Origin: an uncultured Rivularia sp.
GTDB taxonomy: Bacteria > Cyanobacteriota > Cyanobacteriia > Cyanobacteriales > Nostocaceae
Assembly (NCBI GenBank): GCA_963665115.1
Contig: OY762007.1
Span: forward strand, 8,032,001 to 8,096,000
Direction of reading: 5' to 3'
DNA: 64,000 nt
Position 1 is the stretch's first letter, and every line of letters begins with the position of its first letter. The notes beneath the pieces are model-generated. The model worked only from the letters and a program-made list of their open reading frames with translations, ran no database searches and was not told the DNA's origin. A program made the position numbers and the translations under genes. This document shows, piece after piece, positions 54,272 through 63,522 of the stretch.

Positions 54272-55420
54272 CTATTCCTCCCATCTTTTTTTACCATAGA
54301 GAAATTGAGAAGTTTCTCCTAAATTTTGACCGCGTTTCCATAAGTTCATTCCCAAAGAAAGCTCGTCCAATTCCCAGGTTTTAAGGGCTGCGGGAACATC
54401 ATGGTCATGTTCAACGAGAATATCAGCTAATCCGATCGCGTTAGCAGCAGCTTTAGAAACACTTGCTGCTGTATGTGGACGGGGAATAAACGCTGCATCT
54501 CCTACCAAAGCGACGCGCTCGAATGCCATATTAGGCACGCCCAAATCTAAAATTGCCTGTACAAAAGGTTCTTTAGTTGCTGCAATTAGTTTTTGAAAAG
54601 GTTCGACTAAAACGCTTTGAGCATAATCCCTCATCTCTTGTTCAATATCATTCGCCATCATTCCTGGAGGTATAGAATAGTCTCGTCGCTTGCCATTTTT
54701 ATCCGTTAAAACGCGGGGTAGTTCTGCGATTTCATCATAATTGACATACCAAACCCAGTTGAAGCGTCTTTCTCCAGGCACTAAAGATTCATTTTCTCCT
54801 GGAATCACATACTGAAGAATATGGGAATTGCGGAATTGATAGAAAACAAACCTTTCAGTCATAATTGCTGCTGTTTCTGGATCGAGTTCCCCCTCATCTA
54901 CTAATCCCCGAAAGCCGACATAGCCAGCATACATGGGGTGGTAAGTTGGTAAAAGAATTTGACGAACGGTGGAAGTTAATCCATCTGCACCGATTAATAA
55001 ATCTCCCGTTGCTTGAGTGCCATCGGCAAAAACTACCGTAACTTGTTTGTCGTTTTGTTGAAAACTACTTAAAGATTTGCCTTGATGATAATGCTCGTTG
55101 GGAAAATGTCGTCTTAAAGAGTTGTAGAGAGAATTCCAAGAAGTTAGAGTCTGACGCATGGGCATTGTCTGAATAGTGCCATTGCGCTTTAAATAATACC
55201 TTTCTTTCGCCACTACACCTAAATTTTGATGGGGAATACCAGCGCGATCGAACGCTTCAATTACATCTGACTGTAAAACTACTCCACCTCCCCGACTGCT
55301 CAGAGTACGGGGTGAACGTTCGTAAATATCTACCTGCCAGCCAATAGAGCGTAATAAAACTCCTGCAAACAATCCAGATAGCGAACCACCGATAACGATT
55401 GCCTGACGCTTGAGATTCAT
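54272..55420 (-). CDS. FAD-dependent monooxygenase (2,6-dihydroxypyridine hydroxylase-like)
   Basis: GGSLSG, RGGGVV, GADG..STVR, YAGYVGFRG, NWVWY, LVGDAAFIPRPH. Confidence 0.85.
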   Translation of the reverse strand: MNLKRQAIVIGGSLSGLFAGVLLRSIGWQVDIYERSPRTLSSRGGGVVLQSDVIEAFDRAGIPHQNLGVVAKERYYLKRNGTIQTMPMRQTLTSWNSLYNSLRRHFPNEHYHQGKSLSSFQQNDKQVTVVFADGTQATGDLLIGADGLTSTVRQILLPTYHPMYAGYVGFRGLVDEGELDPETAAIMTERFVFYQFRNSHILQYVIPGENESLVPGERRFNWVWYVNYDEIAELPRVLTDKNGKRRDYSIPPGMMANDIEQEMRDYAQSVLVEPFQKLIAATKEPFVQAILDLGVPNMAFERVALVGDAAFIPRPHTAASVSKAAANAIGLADILVEHDHDVPAALKTWELDELSLGMNLWKRGQNLGETSQFLYGKKRWEE

Positions 55421-56679
55421 TTTGTTTCCTCTAAATACTTGTGGACGAAGGTAACTGCCATTGCTCCCTCTCCAACCGCAGAAGCAACTCGCTTGACCGA
55501 ACCATGCCTTACGTCTCCTGCTGCAAAAGAACCTGGAACGCTAGTTTCGAGGTAAAAAGGCTCGCGATCTAATTTCCAACAATCGGGGCAACCATCTTTG
55601 AGTAAGTCAGAACCAGTAATCAGAAATCCCGCCTTATCCCGAATAATGTTGGTATCTTTTGCCCATTCTGTATTTGGAACACCACCAATACAAATAAACA
55701 GATGCTGGGTATCAACCTGCTGCGTTGACTCATCGTGGCGATTGCTAATGGTAATCTGTTGCAAACTTGTATCTCCTTGAAGTTCGCTGACTTGGGAATT
55801 AAACAGCACCTCAACATTGTTCGTATTGGTAATGCGATCGCTCAAATATTGGGATAGAGAATCTGCTAAGTTACTGCCGCGAACCAGCATCGTCACTTTT
55901 TCGGCGTACCGAGAAAAATACATTACAGCTTGCCCTGCCGAATTACCACCACCAATAACAAATATGTGCTTGTTAGAACAGAATGGAGCTTCACTAGCAC
56001 CCGCACCATAAAATACTCCACGATTGAGAAATCGGTCTTCATTGAGAAGATTGAGTTTTCGATATTCAACACCCGTAGCGCAAATGTTGGCACGGGCAAC
56101 CATTTTACTGCCATTTGCCATATCAACATGAATTCGATTGTCTCTGAATTCTGCTTTGACTCCCTCTCGTAAAACTAGTAATTCAATTCCAAATTTAACC
56201 GCTTGCTGTCGCGCTTTCTCTGCCAAGTCAGCACCGCTAATTCCTTGAGGAAAACCCAAATAATTTTCAATTAAGGAACTGCTTCCTGCTTGTCCTCCAA
56301 CGGCATGACGCTCGATCAGAACTGTACGCAATCCTTCAGATGCAGCATAAACAGCAGCACTCAAACCAGCAGGACCAGCGCCATAAATCGATAAGTCGTA
56401 TTCTTTAAATCTCGGCTGCGTTACCCAACCTAACTGTTGAGCAACCTCTTGTACTGTAGGAGCAAACAGTTGAGTGCCATCGGCAAGTTCTACGATTGGC
56501 AAGCGCAACTCATCCAGCGACGAAAACCCTAATTTTCGATAGCAATCTTCATCGCAGGTCAATTCAATCCAATCAAACTCAACTACACTACGTTTGAGAA
56601 AATCTCTGATTTCATAGGCTTGTGCAGAATTTGGTTGACCGTAAAGCTTAATTTTGGAAATATTTGAATCATTATTCAT
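55417..56679 (-). CDS. Thioredoxin-reductase-like flavoprotein with N-terminal glutaredoxin-like domain, lacking CxxC
   Basis: GAGPAG, IENYLGFP, GGGNSA, AAGDV, AVGEG; FYGAGASE in place of CxxC; ATG 56679 overlaps the upstream stop. Confidence 0.8.
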   Translation of the reverse strand: MNNDSNISKIKLYGQPNSAQAYEIRDFLKRSVVEFDWIELTCDEDCYRKLGFSSLDELRLPIVELADGTQLFAPTVQEVAQQLGWVTQPRFKEYDLSIYGAGPAGLSAAVYAASEGLRTVLIERHAVGGQAGSSSLIENYLGFPQGISGADLAEKARQQAVKFGIELLVLREGVKAEFRDNRIHVDMANGSKMVARANICATGVEYRKLNLLNEDRFLNRGVFYGAGASEAPFCSNKHIFVIGGGNSAGQAVMYFSRYAEKVTMLVRGSNLADSLSQYLSDRITNTNNVEVLFNSQVSELQGDTSLQQITISNRHDESTQQVDTQHLFICIGGVPNTEWAKDTNIIRDKAGFLITGSDLLKDGCPDCWKLDREPFYLETSVPGSFAAGDVRHGSVKRVASAVGEGAMAVTFVHKYLEETK

Positions 56680-57322
56680 TCGATAACCTCTGCATTTTTG
56701 CATTTTGCAAAGCAGCTAGAAAGATTTCTACCGATTGCCCACCAACAACGATTTCTTCACCGATTTTGATAGTTGGTACGCTGCGAATCCCAGAAATAGC
56801 TGCCTGTTTTTCTAACTCTCGAATTTGTTGTATTCCTGCATCGGTATGAAGAAAATCTTTGGCTTCTTGCTCGTTGATTCCGATATCAGCCGCAAGTTTA
56901 GCTAGAGTCTCGATATCTGTAATATCTTTTCCTTCAGTGAAATAAGCGTTGAGAATGCCTGTAGCCATTTCCGTAGCTTTATCTCTATACGCAGCCAACC
57001 AAGTCAAACGATGAGCTTTGAGTGTATTAGGAGTCTTTTGCATCAGGTCATAACGAAAGTTAATTCCATCTCCCTTTGTTGCCTGTATAGTTTGAGCATC
57101 AAGCTGTTGAGAATATTCCCAGCTACCAAATTTGCCCGTGCGATAAGCTTTACGCTCCATTCCAGCTTCTGGCATGGTGGGATTAAGTTCGTAAGGATAC
57201 CAAATTTTCTTAATGTCGATATTAGTATCTAGCTGTTTTATTGCTTTATTTAGTCGTACTTCTGCAACTAAACACCAAGGGCAGATAAAATCTGAGGTAA
57301 TTGTAATTTCAATGGTTATCAT
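56672..57322 (-). CDS. DsbA-family (FrnE-like) oxidoreductase
   Basis: SDFICPWC, YELNP, PNTLKAHRL, AYFTEG, GIRSVP. Confidence 0.9.
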   Translation of the reverse strand: MITIEITITSDFICPWCLVAEVRLNKAIKQLDTNIDIKKIWYPYELNPTMPEAGMERKAYRTGKFGSWEYSQQLDAQTIQATKGDGINFRYDLMQKTPNTLKAHRLTWLAAYRDKATEMATGILNAYFTEGKDITDIETLAKLAADIGINEQEAKDFLHTDAGIQQIRELEKQAAISGIRSVPTIKIGEEIVVGGQSVEIFLAALQNAKMQRLSNE

Positions 57323-57393
57323 GTTTATCTATTTATAGAATGAAACAGCATTAATTTTTTCAGTCGTATTTAGAACAATGTAAATAGGCTAAA

Positions 57394-58479
57394 TTACTCA
57401 AGAGTTGGATAATCGATATATCCTGCTTCTCCACTAGTATAGAAAGTGTCGCGATTATATTTATTGAGAGAAGCATTAAGGGCAAAGCGTTTGGGTAAAT
57501 CGGGATTGGCTAAAAAATGACGACCGTAGGCTACCAGATCGGCATCATTACTTTGTAGAATTTCTTCACCCGTATCGCGACAGTAGCCTCCTGCGGTGAC
57601 TATTATTCCGGTAAATATAGGACGGAAAAACTTTGCTCCTAAGCCTAACCCATCATCTTCGATGGTTACATTGCCTCTGATTCGCGGTTCAATCACATGA
57701 AGATAACCTATGCCTAAACGAGCTAATTCAGACACAACATAGCTAAAAGTAGCAGTGGGATTGGAGTCGTGCATATCGTTAAAAGTGCTACTAGGGGACA
57801 AGCGCACCCCTACTGTTTCTTTGCCCCAAACGTCTACTACTGCTTGAGTAACTTCTAAAAGAAAACGCGATCGCCTTTCAATCGAACCACCGTACTCATC
57901 TTCTCGCTGATTGGAATTATCTTGGAGAAATTGATCGAGTAAATAGCCATTACCACCATGAATTTCCACTCCATCAAATCCAGCTTCCAGGGCATTTTTT
58001 GCACCCTGCTGAAATTGTTTGATTATAAAAGGTATTTCTTCTAGTTTTAATTCTCTAGGGATAACGTGGGGCTGCTGTCCGTTTTGGGTATCTGCCATAG
58101 CCGAAGCAGCAATGGGACTTGGAGCAACGGGTATTTCTGCTGGTTCTAAAAAAGAAGGATGAGCAACTCTTCCAGCGTGCCACAACTGGAGAAAGATTTT
58201 TCCTCCTTTGTTATGTACGGCATCAGTTACTTTTTTCCAGCCTTCTACCTGTTTTTGGCTATAAATTCCAGGTGTATTAGGATAGCCGATACCATTACGA
58301 GCTACTTGAGTTGCTTCAGTAATAATTAGTCCCGCAGAAGCACGTTGAGCATAGTAAAGAGCATTTATAGCTTGAGGTACATAGCCATCCCCCGCACGAC
58401 AACGAGTTAAAGGAGCGTAAATCATACGATTAGAAAGTTCAATTTCGCCTAAAATCGTAGGAGAAAGTAATTTAAACAT
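57394..58479 (-). CDS. Old Yellow Enzyme / alkene reductase (NemA-like)
   Basis: APLTRCR, YYAQRA, QLWHAGR, EIHGGNGYLLDQF, DEYGGS, YGRHFLANPDL, GYIDYP. Confidence 0.9.
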   Translation of the reverse strand: MFKLLSPTILGEIELSNRMIYAPLTRCRAGDGYVPQAINALYYAQRASAGLIITEATQVARNGIGYPNTPGIYSQKQVEGWKKVTDAVHNKGGKIFLQLWHAGRVAHPSFLEPAEIPVAPSPIAASAMADTQNGQQPHVIPRELKLEEIPFIIKQFQQGAKNALEAGFDGVEIHGGNGYLLDQFLQDNSNQREDEYGGSIERRSRFLLEVTQAVVDVWGKETVGVRLSPSSTFNDMHDSNPTATFSYVVSELARLGIGYLHVIEPRIRGNVTIEDDGLGLGAKFFRPIFTGIIVTAGGYCRDTGEEILQSNDADLVAYGRHFLANPDLPKRFALNASLNKYNRDTFYTSGEAGYIDYPTLE

Positions 58480-58511
58480 CGGCAATTATTTTGTCTTTAC
58501 AAGTTTATTTT

Positions 58512-58724
58512 TTAGAGGATGTTTTAAAAGTATCTGGCGGTTAAAACCGCTACTACACAAGCAAAGTCCACCTGCGTGGACTAGTAAATTTAAACCCGTG
58601 AAGACGGGTTTTGCTTGTGTAGCCAAGCCACTGCGTTGGGCGGGTTCCCCGACTTGTAGCAAGTGGCGCGCGACTTACAGTCGCCAGGGACAGTATATAA
58701 TTTTACTTTACAAACATCCTCTTA
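58512..58724. mobile_element. MITE-like TIR shell with REP doublet and a nested second repeat
   Basis: ttagaggatgttttaaaagta / tactttacaaacatcctctta (18/21); cargo of the 35000/41069 REP family, interrupted by ccactgcgttgggcgggttccccgacttgtagcaagtggcg. Confidence 0.75.
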
Positions 58725-58898
58725 GAACTGGCCGCAACTCCAATCAACAGCAATCCCCCAGTGCAGACTCCCGATGAATAATACACTTATATTTTATAAA
58801 GATTTTAGAGATAAATAAATAGATAAAGTAAGGTATTTAGCTTTATGTAGTTAATATAAAAAGATATTTAAGCTATTTTGCCTTATTACATTAAAACT

Positions 58899-59384
58899 AT
58901 GAGTAATCAGATTGAAAAACTGCTTGACGAAACAAGTTGGCAGATTCTCGCAATTTTGCAAGAGAATGCCCGTATCCCTTTCAAGGAACTAGGAAAACAG
59001 GTAGGACTTTCTGCACCAGCCGTAGCCGAGCGAGTACGTCGCTTAGAAGAAGCAGGAGTAATTACCCGGTATCGTGCGGAATTAGACTTAAAAAAGCTAG
59101 GATTGCCGATTGTAGCTTTTCTTACTCTTAAGTCTTTCGGACATACTTGCGAAGAAGTTAAGTCGCTTCTACATGAATGTTTGGAAATACGAGGTTGCTA
59201 TCGTGTAACAGGTAGCGATCATTATCTAGCTAAGGTATCTGTAACCTCTGTCAATCATCTGGAGCAATTAGTCGATCGCTTTATTCCTTATGCAACTGTG
59301 ACTACTTCGATAGTGCTTTCCACTCCCTTTACCGAACGAGCTATTGATAATGATATTTTCCCAGAATGCGATCAAAACTTTTGA
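58899..59384 (+). CDS. Lrp/AsnC family transcriptional regulator
   Basis: ILAILQENARIPFKELGKQVGLSAPAVAERVRRLEEAGVI, CYRVTG; divergent from the redox operon. Confidence 0.92.
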   Translation: MSNQIEKLLDETSWQILAILQENARIPFKELGKQVGLSAPAVAERVRRLEEAGVITRYRAELDLKKLGLPIVAFLTLKSFGHTCEEVKSLLHECLEIRGCYRVTGSDHYLAKVSVTSVNHLEQLVDRFIPYATVTTSIVLSTPFTERAIDNDIFPECDQNF

Positions 59385-59494
59385 TGTGTTGTTGCCAGAG
59401 GAAGGGTTTGATAGTTAGTAGATAAGGCAGGTTACGGCTTTTAATTAAGTAGAAAAGCTTGCATTTCAAAAGACGTTAATTATATAAATAATAA

Positions 59495-60355
59495 CTATTT
59501 ACAAAAATAACCCGTATAGCAACATCCAACCTGCTTGAAACCCACAGAATTATAGAGTGCGATCGCCGCAATATTATCTTCGTCTACCCACAGTTTCAAT
59601 GCCGTATATTCTTGAAGTAATTCTTGAGTTAAAAACGCTAGCAGTTTGCGTGCAAATCCCTGTTTGCGAAATTTAAAAAAGGTGAATGGTGCCACAACCA
59701 AAGCGTAATTATCGACAGGATTGTATCTAACAACTGAAACAATTTGTCCGGAGTCTTCTAAAACTGCTACCTGACGCTTTTTAATTAAACTTTCCCAATC
59801 ACGATTTGGATTTCCATCACCGCGTTCTTTGATGTATTCTTGTTCGTAAGCGATTAAGGCAGGTTTATCTTGTAATAATGCCCAACGCCCTTTACCATTA
59901 AGTAGCGATTGACTACAAGTCATTACTAATTGATCGTATTCTTGTTCTAGTTGGAGATGTTCGAGGAAAAGCGGACGAATCCATTGTTTAACTTGTATTG
60001 AAGTGATTATTTTATTGGGAAAACCGCATTTTTTAACCAGGGTAAATAAGGATTGCGTGGTAAATTTATTACAACTCTCGAAAGACGTTTGAGTATTTCG
60101 AGAATTTATCATCATTGCTCCTTGAATATTCTCTGGAGTTACCTTTTGTGTTATGGATGGATTATAGGAAATAGCAATTAATTCTCCTGTTTCTTGGGGA
60201 TTAATTTTACCCTGAATAACAAGATTGAGAGCGTATTCTAAATCTGGGTTTGAGTAACGATATTTTTGCAACCAGTTGATTGCAGCTTGAATTTGTTGAT
60301 AGGAAGGGAATGCGATAATTTTATTGCGATTGGTTTGATGCATATCATGGAGCAT
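59495..60355 (-). CDS. GNAT family acetyltransferase
   Basis: C-terminal FRKQGFA motif A and N.AAIALYNSVGF motif B. Confidence 0.8.
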   Translation of the reverse strand: MLHDMHQTNRNKIIAFPSYQQIQAAINWLQKYRYSNPDLEYALNLVIQGKINPQETGELIAISYNPSITQKVTPENIQGAMMINSRNTQTSFESCNKFTTQSLFTLVKKCGFPNKIITSIQVKQWIRPLFLEHLQLEQEYDQLVMTCSQSLLNGKGRWALLQDKPALIAYEQEYIKERGDGNPNRDWESLIKKRQVAVLEDSGQIVSVVRYNPVDNYALVVAPFTFFKFRKQGFARKLLAFLTQELLQEYTALKLWVDEDNIAAIALYNSVGFKQVGCCYTGYFCK

Positions 60356-60375
60356 AGTAAATGAATAACTTATTG

Positions 60376-60639
60376 TTATTCATAATGATATTTACAGGCA
60401 GCAATAATTATTTACGTATCATTTATAGTATAAATTAAACGGTGTTCTTTATTAATTCGTCTTGACCAAAAACTACTCAATTCATGTTTCAATGGTTCGG
60501 GCTTTCCTAAGCCAGTGAAAGGGGAACGATCGATATCTTTAATCAGTTCAACAATCTTTTTGTAAAGTTTTTTATCTAACTTTGATCGCTCATTAAAATT
60601 CTCAAATGCACTTGGTTCAAATACAATTCTTCTATTCAT
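60376..60639 (-). pseudogene. yoeB: Txe/YoeB toxin with premature stop
   Basis: PFTGLGKPEPLKHEL..WSRRINKEHRLIY, TAA at 60414-60412, then in-frame IIIAACKYHYE*. Confidence 0.8.
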
Positions 60640-60860
60640 TCGAGGTTTTCGATATCAATTTCAACAAGATTAGATTTCTCTTTAACGTTTTTGATAGCTT
60701 TCAACAAATGCTTTTTATTCGCTTCAGAAGCTAAAAGATAAGCCGTTTCATCAACTTTGTATACTACAATTTCTATTTCCGTATCCGGATAAGTTACTTT
60801 CAATGCATCAATAAAACTAGGGTCTAACTCTTTGGTATTAATGCGGTAAACTGAATGCAT
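60636..60860 (-). CDS. Antitoxin with YefM-like C-terminus and non-Phd N-terminus
   Basis: ETAYLLASEANKKHLLKAI; ATGA overlap with toxin gene. Confidence 0.75.
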   Translation of the reverse strand: MHSVYRINTKELDPSFIDALKVTYPDTEIEIVVYKVDETAYLLASEANKKHLLKAIKNVKEKSNLVEIDIENLE

Positions 60861-60942
60861 GATTTTAGTTTATTTGTTTGCTTGTACTGCCTGCTTGTAA
60901 ACTTATTATAGCAATTAACGATTATAGTCTATGTTGTGTATA

Positions 60943-61866
60943 TCAAAGGAAAAAACTTTCTGTAAAACAGATATTGTTAAAAGACAATTTAATTTTAAAG
61001 CTTTCTTGAGAGCTACAACGAAAAGAAGGAAGTTGAATAAAATTATCAATGCTGCGAGAAGTTACTTCTTTAAGAGTTTCTCCGGAATCGGATAAGATAG
61101 CTAATTTGAGATTTTCCGGAAGATATTTTTCTTCTGAATCTGGATAAATCCGCAAACGGACATTTATTTGCTTGTCTTCTTCTGATTTCAATGCTGCTAG
61201 CATCAATACAGAGACTTCGCCAAATTCAATTCGTTTTACAGCTTGGGCAACTTCTTCTATTTGTAAGTGAGAAGCATCTTTAAAACTTAGATTTAAATTT
61301 CCCACTGATTCGGTATTAAACAATGATTCTAAAGTTTTCCAACCTTGTTGTAAAACGTCTTCAAACCATTCGTTTAAATCGATCGGTGGTGTAATTTGCT
61401 GTAAATATTGGGGAAATTCTTCTAATTTACGCAATTGGTTAAGCGGTAATTGCTCTTTTGCTACTCTTGGTATAAATCCTAATAAAGTAGCAGTTTCTAG
61501 AGATTCATCAAGCTGTACGATAATATAACCAATTCTTGCATTCCATACTTCTTGGGGAATATTAACGAATTCTGCATCTGGTAACACAACCCTACATTCC
61601 AATTTACCGCGATCTATTACTTCTAAATCGGCAATATCTAAGAAACTTTGCATTATTACATCGTAGCTATTACTTGCTTTCCAATCGGTTGTAAATCCCA
61701 GACATTGTAGGTAATGATTAACAGAATATATGGCTAGGGTATTAAGATAAACTTGTTCTGACTTTTGCAGGTTAGAATGATTGTTACAAAAAATTTCAGC
61801 TAATTGATGCGCTTTCTGGGTTAAATTAACTGTGAAGGTTAATGGTTTTTGTATTTGATTTATCAT
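60943..61866 (-). CDS. DUF1822 family protein
   Basis: QVYLNTLAIYSVNHYLQCL, DIADL, GKLECRVV, IPQEVWNARIGY, SRSIDNFIQL; paralog of 29055-29984. Confidence 0.85.
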   Translation of the reverse strand: MINQIQKPLTFTVNLTQKAHQLAEIFCNNHSNLQKSEQVYLNTLAIYSVNHYLQCLGFTTDWKASNSYDVIMQSFLDIADLEVIDRGKLECRVVLPDAEFVNIPQEVWNARIGYIIVQLDESLETATLLGFIPRVAKEQLPLNQLRKLEEFPQYLQQITPPIDLNEWFEDVLQQGWKTLESLFNTESVGNLNLSFKDASHLQIEEVAQAVKRIEFGEVSVLMLAALKSEEDKQINVRLRIYPDSEEKYLPENLKLAILSDSGETLKEVTSRSIDNFIQLPSFRCSSQESFKIKLSFNNICFTESFFL

Positions 61867-61892
61867 GATTTTATTGCCTATTAATGTTGAAT

Positions 61893-63020
61893 TTATTCTT
61901 GGATATATCTTTTAATTTCTGGGGCAATTTTTTGTAAGTGACGTTGAAAAAAATTGCTCAGTGCGGGAATCTGAATATTGAAGGTTTCCGATAATTCTTT
62001 CCAACTGATTCCTTCCAAACGTTTAAGAGCTATGACTTGAAATGTTACTTCTGGGTGCGCTCTAATATGTTTTTGTAAAAGGTTATTTGGGTCGTTTTCT
62101 AAATATGCTCGAAGTTGTTCGGAAAGCGGTTGTTCTAGCTCTGGTTGCGGAATATTTTCTATTTCATCATCTATATTAGCTAACTTTGTAGCATTGGGTA
62201 AAGTTTTTTTTGCGATTTCAAATAAAAGAGAGTCTGCAACTAAAGGATTTTTAATAATTAATTGTGATAGCAAATATTGAACTGTTAATAACAAAAGTAT
62301 TTTTACGGTTAAGACATAAGGTAATACTTGTTTAATTTCTAAGGTTAACCATAAAATTAAATCTTCTTGACTAATACTTTTAATTAAGTTAGTTAATTTA
62401 TATTTCGTTCTGATTATTTTACCGTTTAATTTTTGGATAAAAGGATCATTTTGTGAAACGTGAGAATTTCGCAATATCATGTCAAAGCGAAAATTCAACC
62501 AAGCTGTAAATTTACCCTTACTGGGATTATATGTATTTATATTTTGATAAAGCCAAATCCAAAGTTCGTTTTTAGCTTCTTCATAGACATCGCTATAAAT
62601 ATTAGCTTTATGCAATAACTTGTCAGATAGCAAAATCGCATTAGTTAATGTTTGAAAAGAATACTGCCATTGTTTTGTTAAAGGCTTATGTTTTTGTACT
62701 TCCAAAGCTAACTGTTGTAGATATGCTTCGTTGATGACTGTTCGCAAACAGCGCGATCGCACTTCATTCACCCATGCTTCGACAGCGATATTTTGTAACT
62801 GGTATTCATCAATATTTGCAGCAATGTCTTGGCGTAATTGCTGCTGTAATGCTTGGTAAATATCGAGATAGACACCATCAAGAGATTTTCGCGAGCAGCG
62901 GAAAAGACTGCACGAATGCAGCATTTTGTCAATCAGCATGATTATTGCTGTTTGATGTTCTTTGGTTTGGGGTGGGAAGTTTTGAATTTGAATTACGAGT
63001 TGTTGTAGTTGTTCGTCCAT
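61893..63020 (-). CDS. Sigma-70/ECF-like factor associated with DUF1822, extended form
   Basis: YEEAKNELW..NINTYNPSKGKFTAWLNFRF; HTH EGISWKELSETFNIQIPALSNFFQR; duplicated N-terminal LQQL module. Confidence 0.75.
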   Translation of the reverse strand: MDEQLQQLVIQIQNFPPQTKEHQTAIIMLIDKMLHSCSLFRCSRKSLDGVYLDIYQALQQQLRQDIAANIDEYQLQNIAVEAWVNEVRSRCLRTVINEAYLQQLALEVQKHKPLTKQWQYSFQTLTNAILLSDKLLHKANIYSDVYEEAKNELWIWLYQNINTYNPSKGKFTAWLNFRFDMILRNSHVSQNDPFIQKLNGKIIRTKYKLTNLIKSISQEDLILWLTLEIKQVLPYVLTVKILLLLTVQYLLSQLIIKNPLVADSLLFEIAKKTLPNATKLANIDDEIENIPQPELEQPLSEQLRAYLENDPNNLLQKHIRAHPEVTFQVIALKRLEGISWKELSETFNIQIPALSNFFQRHLQKIAPEIKRYIQE

Positions 63021-63050
63021 GCTGAATATGGGTGAGATACTCTCTACTTA

Positions 63051-63148
63051 TTAATCTTTTTTTTCTTTGGCTTTTTATACAAATATTCGTTTACAAAAAT
63101 TATTTTTTTTGAGGTTTTGTATAAAGTTTGAGATTTTGGAGTGATTAA
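63051..63148. promoter_or_regulatory. Back-to-back putative ECF-like promoters TTGTATAAAR-N16-GATTAA
   Basis: Minus strand 63082-63051 toward the sigma gene; plus strand 63117-63148 toward the RTX gene. Confidence 0.6.
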
Positions 63149-63188
63149 GTTACTGAAGGGGTGCAGTTGAACTTTTCTTTTAACCTAC

Positions 63189-63309
63189 CTGATATCTTGC
63201 ACCATTCTCAAGAAGCCCAAAGAAACCCGGTTTCTAGTAGTGAAAGCATGAATATCCCGTTGTGAAATCGCAAAGAAACCGGGTTTCTGACACTGGTGCA
63301 AGATGTGAG
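63189..63309. mobile_element. MITE-like CTCACATCTTGCACCA-type TIR shell
   Basis: ctgatatcttgcacca / tggtgcaagatgtgag enclosing two AAGAAACCSGGTTTCT palindromes; half-shell at 28066-28080; bare cargo near 26530, 45100, 53330. Confidence 0.7.
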
Positions 63310-63522
63310 CTACCTTTGCTTCGATTCTAATTTGTGCTTTGAGGTAGATTGCATAAAAGCAAAGCTTCTTATAGCGTTTCTCAATCTAGTGAGGTACATT
63401 TTAAAACTGGTTGTTTTTTATGTGTACTTCAGTTGCTTAGAAAACGCTGTACGTACAGTTTTACCACTTAGAAAACAACAACGATTTACACCTGGATTAA
63501 ATCTTAATTGGAGGATAAAACA

